DNA from: Geosiphon pyriformis uo1
Taxonomy: Eukaryota; Fungi; Glomeromycota
Assembly: GCA_016748015.1 (NCBI GenBank)
Contig: JAAOMT010000128.1
Span: 1,371,538 to 1,435,537, forward strand
Length of the DNA stretch: 64,000 nt
Reading direction: 5' to 3'
Shown here: positions 1 to 12,900 of the stretch, piece by piece
Position numbering within the stretch: position 1 is the first letter of the stretch
Layout of the letters: each line of letters begins with the position of its first letter
Position numbers and translations under genes: made by a program
The notes under the pieces: generated by a model
What the model saw: only the letters and a program-made list of their open reading frames with translations
Databases searched by the model: none
What the model was told of the DNA's origin: nothing

Positions 1-99
1 TGAAATCTAAGTTAATTGTTTTAGAGATTTTAGTTAACTTAGTTTTAACAAAGTTAAATCAATTATGTATTGGTTTAAATTTCTTAATGTATTTTTATC

Positions 100-1003
100 T
101 TAATAAGTAATTTAATTTAGAAGTTTGTTATCTGTAATATTAAAAGTATAAACAATAAAACCAAGCAAAGTAATATTGTTAAGTAGCACAAAAACAATAA
201 CAATATAATATTAATTATTACTAAGATAAAATTAAAAACAAATACTAAGTCTTAGATTAAAAACAAATTTGCTGGAATTTGTGTATTTAGTTTTGACATG
301 AATATAAGTTTTAGAGATTTGAGTGTTGTTTTAATTGTAAAAAACTTTTTGGCTTATTATATTTCTAAAGTCTTTGAGGTTTTTGATCAAATTATTTCTG
401 TTTAATTTTTTTTAAACCAAAGTTTTTTTGTCTGTTATTAGACTATATACTAGTGCTTCAGCTAAAATTAAATTTTCTTAGACTGTTAATATTAACAGCT
501 TTATAGCTAATATAGTTAACACTAATATATATATTGTTTTGAATAAAAATTTTAATAAAAATGGCTTTAAACAAAATAGAAATTTAAAAAATACATTAAT
601 ATAAATCTATACAATTTTTTTTGTAAAAGTTTTTTGGCTAAAACTTTAACTTAAAACAATTCAAAAGACATAAAAAAACTATTAATTACATGTTAGTTAA
701 CAAACATCTTTTGATAATTATATTGAATTATTGGATTTATAATGTGTCTGAATTCTTTAATACTGATTATAAAATTATTTTGGTCTTTTTTGGCTTAAAA
801 AGTCTATTAGATAAGTACTAAATTACTGTTTGCAAGCATATAAACAAAAATCAATAAAAGTTTGGAATTAAAAAAGTGAATAAAGTAAAATAAGCTTATT
901 TTAGAAATGTTTTATTTACAAGAATGTTTTTAGTATTAAAAAGCTTTTAAACAACAAGAAAAATAGAAGATTTGAATTTGATATAAAATTCTCTCAAGAG
1001 TAT
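100..1003 (+). mobile_element. Degenerate LINE ORF2 fragment (APE endonuclease)
   Basis: Manual translation near 264-460 gives KFAGICVFSFDMNISFRDLSVVLIVKNFLAYYISKVFEV..SVIRLYTSAS. This aligns with the endonuclease of the LINE at 14146-14528. Many stops. Confidence 0.65.
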
Positions 1004-2060
1004 TGTTACAGATAATTATTTGAAATATTAAAACAAATAACAAATCTGTAACTTATTGCTTAATAGTTAGAAATATTAATGATTTCTGAAGATTTTAGAG
1101 TTTGAAAGTTTGGTTGAGTTTTTTGTATAATAAACAAAGATTCAATTAATAATGTTATTCAAATAGAAAAACCAATCCAAGTTATGAAAAAACGTGATCA
1201 AAAACATAATAATATAGGATAAGATAAAAAAACACAAAATAACATATAATAACTTAGGATAATACAATACAAAATATGATAATATGATATAGTATGAAAT
1301 AATAAAATAACTAATAATAATGTAAAAAAATAAAGCAATAACAAAAATAGCAAACAATAATTAGCAATAACAAAGCAATCAAAAACAGTTTTATAAACTA
1401 AGAAAAATGTATAAAAAAGAGTAGTTATAAAAAATAGAAAAACAGAAAAATAGACAAGAATCAACTTCCTTTTATTTATATTTGTTACATATTTCTTATT
1501 ACATCTTATATCTTATATTACTAAAATAAAAAAAATATTAACAAAAACTCAAAATCTTTGTCTGTATAATTCTTATATTTTACACATTGTAGTTGAATTA
1601 ATCTTTGTTCTTACATTTGTTTTTAGTTAAATGTTTTTAGCATAAAACAGTCTCAAATTATTACAACTTGAACCAATTACTTTTGATCATAGTGATTGAC
1701 AATACTAATTTAATTTTTTTTATTTTTTTTTATTTTTTTTATTTTCTCTTGTGAAGTGGCAACATAAAAAAATTGACTGTCTGGAAATAAATTTCATAAT
1801 AATTTGGTAAAAAAAGAAAGCTTTCTTTAGGATTGAATATTAATATTATCTTGTTAGCTTACCAGAAGAGTAAAAAAAACACCACTAGATCTTAGTGACT
1901 GTACTTGACTAGTTTGGAAAAAATAGCTTATATATAAGAAGTTGTAATATCAGAAAACTATTTTTCTGTGTTTTATAACCAAAGAACTCTATAGATAAAT
2001 TTATATTAATTAAAAAGATCTTTAGAGACTAATAATATTAACACATTAAACAAGTCTACT
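1004..2060. mobile_element. Decayed LTR fragments of the E1/E2 LTR family, in both orientations
   Basis: TGTTACAGATAATTATTTG at 1004 and TTTGGTTGAGTTTTTTGTATAA near 1110 match the LTR end. 1670-2000 matches the reverse complement (gatcatagtgattgacaatactaa, T-tract, agcttaccagaag). Confidence 0.6.
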
Positions 2061-2199
2061 GAAAAAAACCATTAAAAGCTTTCTAAAAACCCAAATTTTG
2101 AGCACTAAATATTATCACTATATACTACCAAGTTTATTTGTAGCATCAATAATATCACAAATAATAATATTTTTATAAAAAAATTAATAAGAAATTAGA

Positions 2200-3839
2200 A
2201 CAGAAAAACATTCAATAGAACTTAAAAGATTTTCAATTTTAATGCTTTGATCATATTTTAAACTTGACAGTACAGATAGTCTTAAATGAAATAAAAAATA
2301 ATGTTTTCAAAATATTTGTTAAAAATCTAAACTAAATATATTTATATAAAATTTTCTTAATATAAACTTTATATAAATTAAAGATTAAGGAACTTAACTT
2401 TGTAATCTGTATTTCATCCAATATTTTGAGCTCTTTAAATATACCTGTAATACATATTAAATTAAATACTATAAATATATTTTGAATAGTTCTATTCAAT
2501 AAAATTCTACTTATAATATAGTTAAGAATAAGTTATCTTTTAAATTAACAAGTTGTTTATTTTTGATTCCATATATTTTGAATATAAAAATTTTAACTGT
2601 AAATTTATAAGCATTAAACATTTTTACTAGTATTTATATTAACTTTTATTAATATGTTATTTTACATGATCAGTAGATTGTCTTTAATAAAATTACTAAA
2701 CTTTTAAATTATTTAAGAATATTATAATCAAAATATTAGCCAATTCAAATAATACTGTCTTCTTAATTATTTTCCTCTTTAATATTATTTTTAATCATGT
2801 TGAAAACACAATTGATAATAATAAATTTAGTAAAACATTATAATCTTAATTGTATTTATTTAGTTATTTATTTAATATATTTAATATTAGATTCATTACT
2901 TGTTGTGGTAGTTAGACCAACAAGAAGAAAATTAGTTAAATATTACTCTAAAACAAATATAACTGTAATGCTCTGCATTGTATTAGATCTAAGAAAAAAA
3001 TTCCATTATTTTACAAAGAGAGAATTTTTAAATAATAATATTAATAAAATAAAAATATTATAAATTATTAATTTATTTAAACAGTTTTATTTTTCAACTT
3101 TTACATGATAAATAAATTTTTAGAATATGTATTTTCTTTAAAATGGAGTATATATTAAACATTATATTAACATCAAATAACAGTTTTTTGTTAAATGGCA
3201 ATTTTAATAATACTATAGTATTAGTCATACAATTCATATTAAAGACAAACTTTAACAATAATAAGAAAAAAAAACTTAATAAAATTGATTGTTATATCTT
3301 TGAAAAAGTGGCCAATAAGAAAATAAATATAATGGCATAGTAGAAGATATATTACAAAAAATATTTATCTAAATTAATATTTTATTAATAATTTGATATT
3401 TAAGTATATTAAACACAATTTTTTTGTCTTATATATATAATTTGTAATTATTTGGCAATCCAAAAATTATTTGTTGTTTTTGAACACACTTTTTCTGTAG
3501 ATAAAAATATAATTACAAATATGAAGTCTTACTTAGTGCTTAAAACTATAAAAACAATATAGTGTCTTTAATCATTAATATAGAGACTATTAAAAAAAAA
3601 ATTAAATAATAATATAGTATAATATAATATTTTTAATAATTAAATCTGAACATGTTTATGAATTTTGAACTAAATTTAAACCAGACTTGTTTTATGTATT
3701 TGAGTTTAGTTCAAGTTCAGTAATTTTAAGTCTGGTTTGAGTTTAAGTTCAAAATTTTGCCAAATTTTCTGTTTGAGTTTAATTTAATTTAATAGTTCAA
3801 TTAAACTTAAATTAAACTAAACCAAACATTAGAATCCTA
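2200..3839 (+). mobile_element. hAT DNA transposon relic (3' part of transposase, subterminal repeats, probable TIR)
   Basis: ORF 2797-3063 KLVKYYSKT..LCIVLDLRKKFHYF resembles the hAT 'KL.KYY....A..LDPR.K..YF' motif. 3143-3345 NKIDCYIFEKVANKKINIMA** resembles the dimerization-domain 'EL.RY......D.L.WW'. Decayed GTTCRR/TGAAC short repeats at 3645-3830 end in ..ATCCTA. Confidence 0.55.
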
Positions 3840-3971
3840 AACTTTAGACTTTTTATCTTAAAGGTTAAGACATTTAAACTATTTAAATTTATAATTAAAA
3901 ACTTTAATATACTTATTACAAAAAGAAAAAAAACTTAGATAAAATATTAATAATTATTTCTAAATTCAATT

Positions 3972-6259
3972 TTTTTTTATTACATTTTAATGAGTGAAAC
4001 CCAAATACTACCTAAAACTATGATACCACAGAAAGGATTATATTATAGGCATAAATCATGCATTTTCTACACATGATCAGACATTCAGCCCAATTAAAGA
4101 CTCACTATACTGAATCAAAAGTAGGTGAGAATAACTCTAACCCACAAATTCTCTCAATGATACCATTCAGATTCCTAGAGTCAAAAATAAACTCACTAAG
4201 AAACAATCTAGTAGACTCAATATTGCTTCTGGTTTCAGCACCAGACATTCGCCACAAAGCAATAACATGCTTAATAGTGTCTTCACTTAAAAAAGAAGGC
4301 TTAGCAGCCAGCATACCATCATAATCCATACCACAAAAGTCAACTTTAGATTTAAGACAAGCTATGTCCTTAGAAACTCCAACCATGAGGTTAGCAAAAT
4401 TGTTAGCAGCACTCTTTATGAAAATAATATCTTTCTTGACCTAAACAGCCTTAACAGCATTATCATCAAGAAAACGAGACACCAAAGCAACCAAAAAACC
4501 AATAGGCTCAACAATAGACTTAACCAGAGCAGCCAAATCCGAAATCTGCTTTTTCAAAGAGTCCAATTTAGAACCAACAGCAGGATCAGCAGCAGAAGCA
4601 ACTGAAGAAGCCACCAAAAGAGGAAACTCAGAAAGACCAGAAGGAGCAGCAGTCTTGGCATATGAAGCAAAACTCACAAAATGAGACTTGAAAACCTTGG
4701 GAATCTTGGATGTGGAAGACGAGAAAACCTTGTAATCCACAGCCAGATGGCCTACTTCTTGACACTTAAAGCAGCACCAGCAGCCAGGAGTTTCCTATCA
4801 GATACAGCATTTTCTTAGAGTACTAGTCTTGACTACAGCAGAATCCAAATCATCTTAAAAGTCAAATGTAACCAAAGCAAACCAGGAATGATAACCAGAA
4901 TCAGGAGACCAAGGAATAAAGCACATTTACCCACCAACTCAAGAAATCATATCACTAATTTCAAAAGCTGTGCAGCCAAAAGGAAGATTGACCAACTTGG
5001 TCTTGAATCTATTACGAGACAGAATGGCCTTATTCTGATTAATAACTGGAAGAATCCTAACACTATCTTTGCCCACCAGAATTGACCAATGATTAAAAAC
5101 AGCAGTAGCAGCATCCAATTCCTTAAAGTAAACAATCACGTACTGCCAAACACCAGCAGGCTTTAGCACAACATAGGCAACTTCACCAAATACACCAAGA
5201 GCCATCTTAATATCAGCAGTTGACACACCCAAAGGTATATTATGCAGTGCAACAGCAGCAGAAGAGGAACCAGATTCAGAAACCACCAAAGACTTGGCAA
5301 TTTTGAAAGTAGCCAAATGAACAGAACTTGTAAGCTCAACCAGAAATGCAGCTTCCAAAGACTGTTGAGAAGTAAACTCCACACAAAAAAGCTTCACATT
5401 GTCTTTTGAAACAGATTTAGCACCCAAAAAACCATGTACAGACTGAAAAACAGCCTTAATATGAGCCAATTTAATCTTAAAAGTAGCACTAAACACCAGA
5501 GTAGAGGCCATCCACCCAGCAAACCTTTGACGACTAATAATAATTTCTCAAGCACCACCAAAAGGAGCACCAGAAACTAGAAGAGAAGATGAATCAGTTT
5601 CCATTTGATCAGCCCAGTTCCCAAGAACAGGTAACCCAACAGAAGGAGATTGTTTTGCTTCTAAAACCAGTGATGATCTACTGAAAGACACCACATTTGG
5701 CAACACAGCCAGTGGTCGATCTTGGCCCATCTTAGATAACATGTCAGATAATGCTACAGAGATCTCATTTAAGATCCCATTGGGAACCACAAAGAAGTTT
5801 GGTGTAACAATAGCAGAGGCAAGCGACTGCCCCCACTTTTCTGAACTTTTGGTCTTTTTGACTATTTTTTTTGAAGAGGTGGTGTCAGAAGCACCAGGTA
5901 TTGAGTCTATAGAGGGAAAGACCAGCTTATTTACTGGTCTATTATTAAAAACTTTTGGGCTCTTAGTCAGGGTGGAGGCAACACTGGGACTAACCCAAGT
6001 GTGTCTCTTTGAAGGAACTTTGACTGGTGAAAAACCAGCCAAAGATGAGGAAGTTGATTTAGTGGCTACTAAAGGCAGCTTTTCATGATTACTGGGTAAA
6101 GAGAAGGCTTCTAAAACGTTTTGTCTAGTTGCTTCTACAACAGAGAGAGCTCCTCTGGTTGAAATTTTATTAGATATCTCAGGACAGATATCCGGTGCAG
6201 CTTTTTTACTCTTTGCTCTGGTCATGGTCATAAAATTAAGGAGACAAAGAGTTTTAAAG
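3972..6259 (-). mobile_element. ORF1-only non-autonomous non-LTR retroposon (HAL1-like), complete
   Basis: 14-bp TSD TTCTAAATTCAATT at 3958-3971 and 6260-6273, an A-tail, a 28-nt 5'UTR, a single ORF1, and a 3' tail of about 130 nt shared with the LINEs at 9930 and 61300. Confidence 0.85.
4105..6231 (-). pseudogene. LINE-type ORF1/Gag-like protein (about 708 aa; RRM-like repeats, CCHC knuckle, coiled coil) with nonsense mutations
   Basis: ORF pieces 5548-6231, 4939-5511, 4441-4740 and 4105-4386 are all in one frame. CFKCQEVGHLAVD(Y) knuckle near 4735-4775. RRM-like segments are homologous to the LINE ORF1 at 46100-47700. Confidence 0.85.
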
Positions 6260-6399
6260 TTCTAAATTCAATTCCAAGTTAAAAACTGGCATATTAATTT
6301 ATAAAAAAAAACAATAAAAACATAAAAAATTCAGCTTATACTATTTAATTAAAAAAATAGTTGATACTTAATTAATTAAAAACTTTAGAAAACATTCTA

Positions 6400-7076
6400 A
6401 TAATACCAAATAATTATTAATAGATAAAATTAAAGAATTAGCATTTAAAAAAAAAGCACTAAAAAAAGTGTCAAAACAGAAGTTATAAAAAACAATAAAA
6501 AAAACAGCTATCAAAAAAACTATTTGTGCTTAGAACTTGTTTTTAAAAACAATAAATTGTATAATAAAAACATTTTTTTTAGTATAAAAATAAGTTAGCC
6601 AAAAACAATTTTTATTTAAAATAGATTTTTTATAAATATTTTTTGTAGTAGAAATAAATAAGTTTGTAAAATTATATTTAAAAAAAAGTGCTTAAAGTAT
6701 TTATATTTTTTACAATAAACCAAGTTTAATCTAGTCTAAAAAAAGTTTTATATTATCAAAAATTGACTTTATGTAAAAAACTAACTTTAAGTTATTATTT
6801 AACTTAAAACCAACTACAATATAATAAATTTTATTATTAGGTTTAAAAAAATAGTTAATTATACAAGTTTTTTTACCAATTCTTTTTAACAAAACACCAA
6901 GATTATAAATGATTATTTTTATAAACAGAGTAAACAAAAGCATTTTTAAATAATTTCTAAATATTTAAACATTATAATCTTTTATAGCTTTGATTACATA
7001 CACCAAATTTTTTTTAATTAAGAATAACTACTTAAATATTAGATAATTAGCTTAATTTGATTTAAAAAACTTTATC
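6400..7076 (-). mobile_element. Old LINE ORF1 fragment
   Basis: ORF 6731-6943 LLFTLFIKIIIYNLGVLLKRIGKKTCIIN aligns with LINE ORF1 'LLYTLLVGINAYNIWNY..VNRKTCIINC' near 46620-46720. Confidence 0.55.
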
Positions 7077-7080
7077 ATAA

Positions 7081-8885
7081 TATTAAAGATAATAATTTGA
7101 AATGTTAAAATAAATAACAAATTTGTAATTTGGTATTCAATAATTATGATGTTGTAGATAGTTTTTGAAGGTTTTCAAATTTGAAGATTTTGGTTGAGTT
7201 TTTTGTATAATGAACAAAGATTTACTTGGTAGTTGTTTTTTTAAATTTTGTTCTTTAGTATAGAGACCAGTTTAATCTGGTAGTTATATTCTTTTAATAA
7301 ATTATTTTTAAGTTTTTACTCTTGTTTTACAGATCTTTTACCAGACTATTCTTGACATTGTTACTTATAAAATATAAGAATTAAATATTAGTACATAAAT
7401 TAGCCAATTAGAATAGAAGAAGAAAAAAAAGATTTTTCAAAAAATCCTAGATGTTTAAGAAATCCAAGATTATGTAAAAAATTTAGCAAAAAAAAAGGAT
7501 TTCTTGTATAATAAAATTTATGTATATATAGCAGTAGTATCAGAAGCTAAAAAATTAATCAAAAAAACTCAGAGTCAATTAGATTCCCAGAATTAATTGA
7601 ATTCTTAAAGTCAATTAGACTCATAGATTATAATTATTAAATACTTTTCTTTTTAAAAATAGTTGCTATCAACTGAAATAGAATTATATTAATAAAATAT
7701 CTCTTTAATTCTTTAAATCTATGTTATTATCCACTATTTAACCTGCTGGCACAATAGCATCTTGATTATGACTATTAATAAAACACTTATTTCTTATTTC
7801 TTATTTTATTTTTTTTATTTTTTTATTTTTTTTTATTTTTTTTATTTTATTTTATTTACTTTTGTTGTTCACTAAATTGATTAAAAAAATTAAGTGCTGA
7901 GTTATAAACATCATAGTGACTGGTAAAAAACCTGTAAAACAAGAGTAGAACACTTATAAAATTGAGAATAGCTTACCAGAAGAATTACTGGCCACTATGC
8001 TGAGAAAAAAATTCAACAGAATTGCAATTTTGGAAGGCTACTGACAACAACTATTGAATTTTTGTCTATTATACAAAGAACTCCAACCCAAAACTTTCAG
8101 ATCATAAAAACCTTTAGATACCACTATTATAACAACTATTGAACACCAAGTTATGGGTTTGTTATTTGAACTGAGACTCCAAATAATCATTTGTAAAAAC
8201 ATTAATATTTTAGCTCTTAATTTTTTACTTAATTAATAAACAATCTGAAACAAAAAAATAAAATAAAATAAAAATAAAAAAAATAAAAAAAAAAATAAAA
8301 AATTAATATTCTGTCAATAGTTATGATTAAAAGCTATTAGTTTAGTATAATTAAGTGGTGAATTTTATCAGCATAAATTGCTAATTATGTTGAAAAATAA
8401 TGATTTTAATTTAATAATAAGAATAACATAAATTGAATAATAAAGTAATGATTTTATTTGATATTTAAATAATTTTATTTCAAAATATAGAAAACTATCT
8501 TTTAAAGAAAAAAGTATATTATAAATATTTATTGTTAACTAACTAAAAACTTGTTTGAATTTTTTTTTCTCTTACTTTTAATATTATTACTATATATATA
8601 TAATTTTTATTATATAAAATCTTATTTATTTTTACTTTTTTTATGCTACTTTTTAAAACTGTGCTTATTTTTAAACAATATGTCATAATTTTTTGAAAAT
8701 ATGTTTATTCTTTGTAAATGTGCACATTTCTAAAAATATGTTATAATTTTCTGACAATATGCTTATTTTTTCCAAATATGTATATTTTTAAAATATATTT
8801 ACATATTAAATACTATTTTTCTATTGGTCTATTTTTATAATCTGTTTTTTTTATTTCTTTTTTGTATCTTTTTTTATAAGTAACA
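7081..8885 (-). mobile_element. Solo LTR (E1/E2-related), interrupted by a second solo LTR
   Basis: Decayed termini TATTAAAG.. and ..GTAACA. Flanking 4-bp repeat ATAA at 7077-7080 and 8886-8889. Contains LTR R/U5 motifs. Confidence 0.6.
7359..8198 (+). mobile_element. Nested solo LTR, opposite orientation
   Basis: Starts TGTTACTTATA and ends ..AATCATTTGTAAAA (decayed TGTAACA). TSD ACAT at 7355-7358 and 8199-8202. Confidence 0.7.
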
Positions 8886-9924
8886 ATAATTAAAATTTAA
8901 AAATAAATAAATTTTTTATATAGATTTATCTTTAATTAATAATATTTAATTTTATAATATATTTTTCTTAAATAATTTTAATATTATTTAAATTAATTTT
9001 ATAAAAGTAGGTTTATTTATTATTAATATATTTATAAATAATTTTTTAAAAAATTTAAATATGTTTAAAATTGTTAATAATACTTTAATTTACTTTAATA
9101 ATTTGAGTTTAAATGTTAATATTAAGATATATAATTTATTCTTATTAATATTAATTAAATTATATGTAATTGTTTTAATTTTTAAATATGTTTTTTTTTA
9201 AATTGTGTTGTTTTAGTATTAAATATCCAAGCAGTTTTAAATATTTGTGTTTTAAGTTAATTTTATTTATATAATTATTATTAATTAAAATATTAATATT
9301 ATAAATAATAAAAAAATTTTAATTATTTTATTAAAAATTAAAAGTTATTTTAGGTAATAAAATAATTAATATATTGTTAATAATACTATTTTTTTAAATT
9401 TGATGTTTTTTATTTCTGTTAATAAAATATTTTTTTAATAAATAGTATAATAATATTTAAAAACATTTAATATTTTGTATAGAATATATATAAAGTAGTT
9501 TGTTGTATTTATTAAAAAGCTGGTTTTAAAATAGATTTAATTAATAATATTTTAATTAAAGATATAAATTAAATATGTATTTTTCTTATATAGTATTTTA
9601 ATTTATACTTAATATTTAAGTTTATAAATAAGTTTTTTGTTAATTTATATATATATATAATAAAAACAGTTTACAAAAAATTATTAATAGTAATTAAAAA
9701 ACATTTATATAAAATATTATATTTTAAAAAATTTTGTTTATATTATAATAAAATTAAAATTTTAAATTATGTATTTATTTATAAAAAAAATACAAAATAT
9801 TTACAAAAAATTATTAAATATTATATTTTTTATTAAAAGTTCTTAATTAATGTATTTTTATTTTTATTTATAATTAATAAATATTAATTTTTGATATGAT
9901 TAATAACAATATATATATATATAT

Positions 9925-12900
9925 ATTTTCATTTAATAAATAAGATCTATATACTGCCTAATAAAATACATTATATAAGTAATTTAAACTAGATGTGAAT
10001 TATGTTTTTTTTTACATATAATCAGCCATTTGGACTGATCAAAATAATATTATACATCTACATAAACTGAAACTAAGTTTTTAATGTTTAAAAAAAATAA
10101 GCAAGACTTATACAAACCAAACTAATACCAAATGCTTTAGTAATACTAAGCAATCTAACTACACTAATAGAAAGTACCATAAACAGCTCAAAAATAGAAA
10201 CAGGAATTAAATTATAATGTAAAATTAGCTTATTTTTTTTATAAAGGCATAATACTTAGCACAAACCAACTAAACTTCTTTCCTAAAAACAAGACAGAAA
10301 TTATGCACAAAGCTTATAATCATTAAACCCACAACTTTAAATTACCAAAGACAAAAACAGTCTTCCAATACCAATCATTAAAGACAAAGCTCTTACAAAA
10401 AATTATATACACTGTAGTATCAGAAATACAGAAAAACATCAGCTGAGATATACATAAAAAGAAATGAAAAAGACCAAAAAACATCTTTTAAGCATTTGTT
10501 TGAACATTTAACAAACAATAGTAAACAGAATTGTCAATTATGCAAGAAAAAACATGGTCTAAAATCTCAACATTACTATAATACAAACATATTATATTGG
10601 AATAGTGCTTATTATACAAGTGTTTTTAAATAACAACAGATAACCAATAGTGCAAAGCTTTCATAAAATAAATATGAATATTAGCAATAAGCCTACTAGT
10701 AAAACCAGCAGCTATATGCAAGTTGGAATACCACACCAAAGACAAACTAAACCAATTAATATTCAAAAGCAAACAATTAGCCAGAATCTTAAAACCAGAA
10801 CCAACCTTTCAATATATACAATGAACAAACCAAAAAACTTTATGAACAAAATATCTAGAATTATCAAAAACAATACTATTATCAATTTTAATATAATAAT
10901 CCTTTAATTAGGAAGAAAAACATTAATTAGAGAGAGATACAATATCAGCAAATATGTCAGCATATTTATTACTCAAAACACCTAAGTAACTCATTATTTT
11001 GTGTCAGCTAATATTCAAATTCTTGTTATAAATAATGTCCACAATGTGCTGCCATTTAATCTAACACTAATTCCAAAAATCTGAACACATTAAATTTAAC
11101 TCTAATTTACATATATTCATAACTACTTGACTGTCTGTAAATAATTGAACTAAGTTACAAAAAAAAACACACTTAAAAGCCAATACAATAACTTACAACT
11201 CCACTAATATAGAAGACATTAAACCAAAAACTCTAACACTTAGACCCAAATTTACATCCTCAAAAAAACCACAGTACCAGCTTTTATGTTAATTGTTCTC
11301 AAGTTTTTCAAAGATTTATCTATATAGATAGACAGATTACCAATATTAACATCTGAAAAATGACCACAAATCAACTCAAACTTACTTGATTTAAGAATAT
11401 TAAAAAGTTCAACATCACTTAAAAAAAGAAAGCAGATAGAAAAGGAAACTACATTACTAAAAAAGTTAACAAAAAGCTTAAACTATTCAAGAATAAGACC
11501 ACAGGAGTCCAACTTTTTTCACTGCTTAAAGATTTTCCAATCAAAAATAGTATTATTTTGACAATGAAACTAGTCTACAAAAGCAATATTATATTGCTAA
11601 AGTGAAAGAAAAAACTTAAAAAAATTAGACCTGCCAAGAACAGTTAACATAAAAATTCTATTTCCAAAATGAAAAAAATTGTTTATAAGACCATTCAGAA
11701 ATAGATTGTATTCAAGAAAAATACAAATCACATTTGCCAAAAAATTATTACCCTAATACAAACTAAAAAGCACAAAGAATGAATTGAACTTTAACACAGA
11801 ACCTATAAGTTATCAAATCTGTGAGAAAACAAATAATCTAAAATTCTAACAGAATTTGCAAAATTCACAAGAAAGACCAATTTGCTTTCAGCCTAAACCT
11901 GTTCAAAAGTTTTCAGATCATATAAAAAAAGATAATAGAATGTGTCACTAGGGAAATTGAAAAGCAAACCAGATTTCAATTTTAAGTTCTTGTAAATCAA
12001 AACATTTTACTTATTATATACATTAATAAAAACAAAGCTGAATTGTATTCTGTAGCTAATAATAAGATAAAAAACAGCTAACACTAAATACAAAAACTGC
12101 TTATTAGAGATAGTCTTTCTTAGAACAAAGTTGGCAAAAAACTGGACATCTGAATGTGTCTTAGCCAAGCTAAACTTTGATAAATTTTTTGTTAATATAA
12201 AGATACTCAGGTAGTAATAAGATTTTCTCTTTTTGGCAATAGAAATAGATGAGTCACTGATCAACAAAAAGGGCTTTCAACTCTGTAATTAATAGGAATA
12301 ATTACTATATTGTCATTATTAATAGAAATGTTATTGATCTGAAAGAATTCACTTGCAATATTAAGAATGTGTTGGGTAGTATTTTAACTACAATCAGCCC
12401 AAATAGTGTTATCAACAAAAGCACCAACAGTAAAAAAAGATGTCAATTCAGTCCAAGATTCTACATGATTAGTTTTGGCAACAAAATAAGAATTTAATCT
12501 ATATCTACACACATTTTTTTGTCTTTTAACTTTGCACAGAAAAGAATTGTAAAATATGTGCCAAAAAAAAAATGAAAACACTTCTTTCTGATCCAAATTA
12601 TCATGTACTTAATATTTACCAATTAATTTAAAGTTAGTCATTATCTTGTTGACATGATCATTGTAAATACTACTAAAAAATTGAATAAATCTATTACACA
12701 TTTTTATCCTAATCAAGCTCTTTTTAAGATGGTCTTATTCAACAGAATTATAAGTTTTTTACATGTCTTATAAGATTAGTTAGAGTTTATAATCCTTTTT
12801 TAAGGCATTCTTAATCACTAAACCAATGGTAAAAATAGGAAATTGTATTGTTATACTCTTTAAAACTGAAAAATTATTTTCATAAAAAATATTAAAAATA

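Noticed and set aside
1142-1464. Hydrophobic F/I/L/Y-rich ORFs as membrane proteins
   Set aside because: They are translations of A/T low-complexity decayed LTR sequence.
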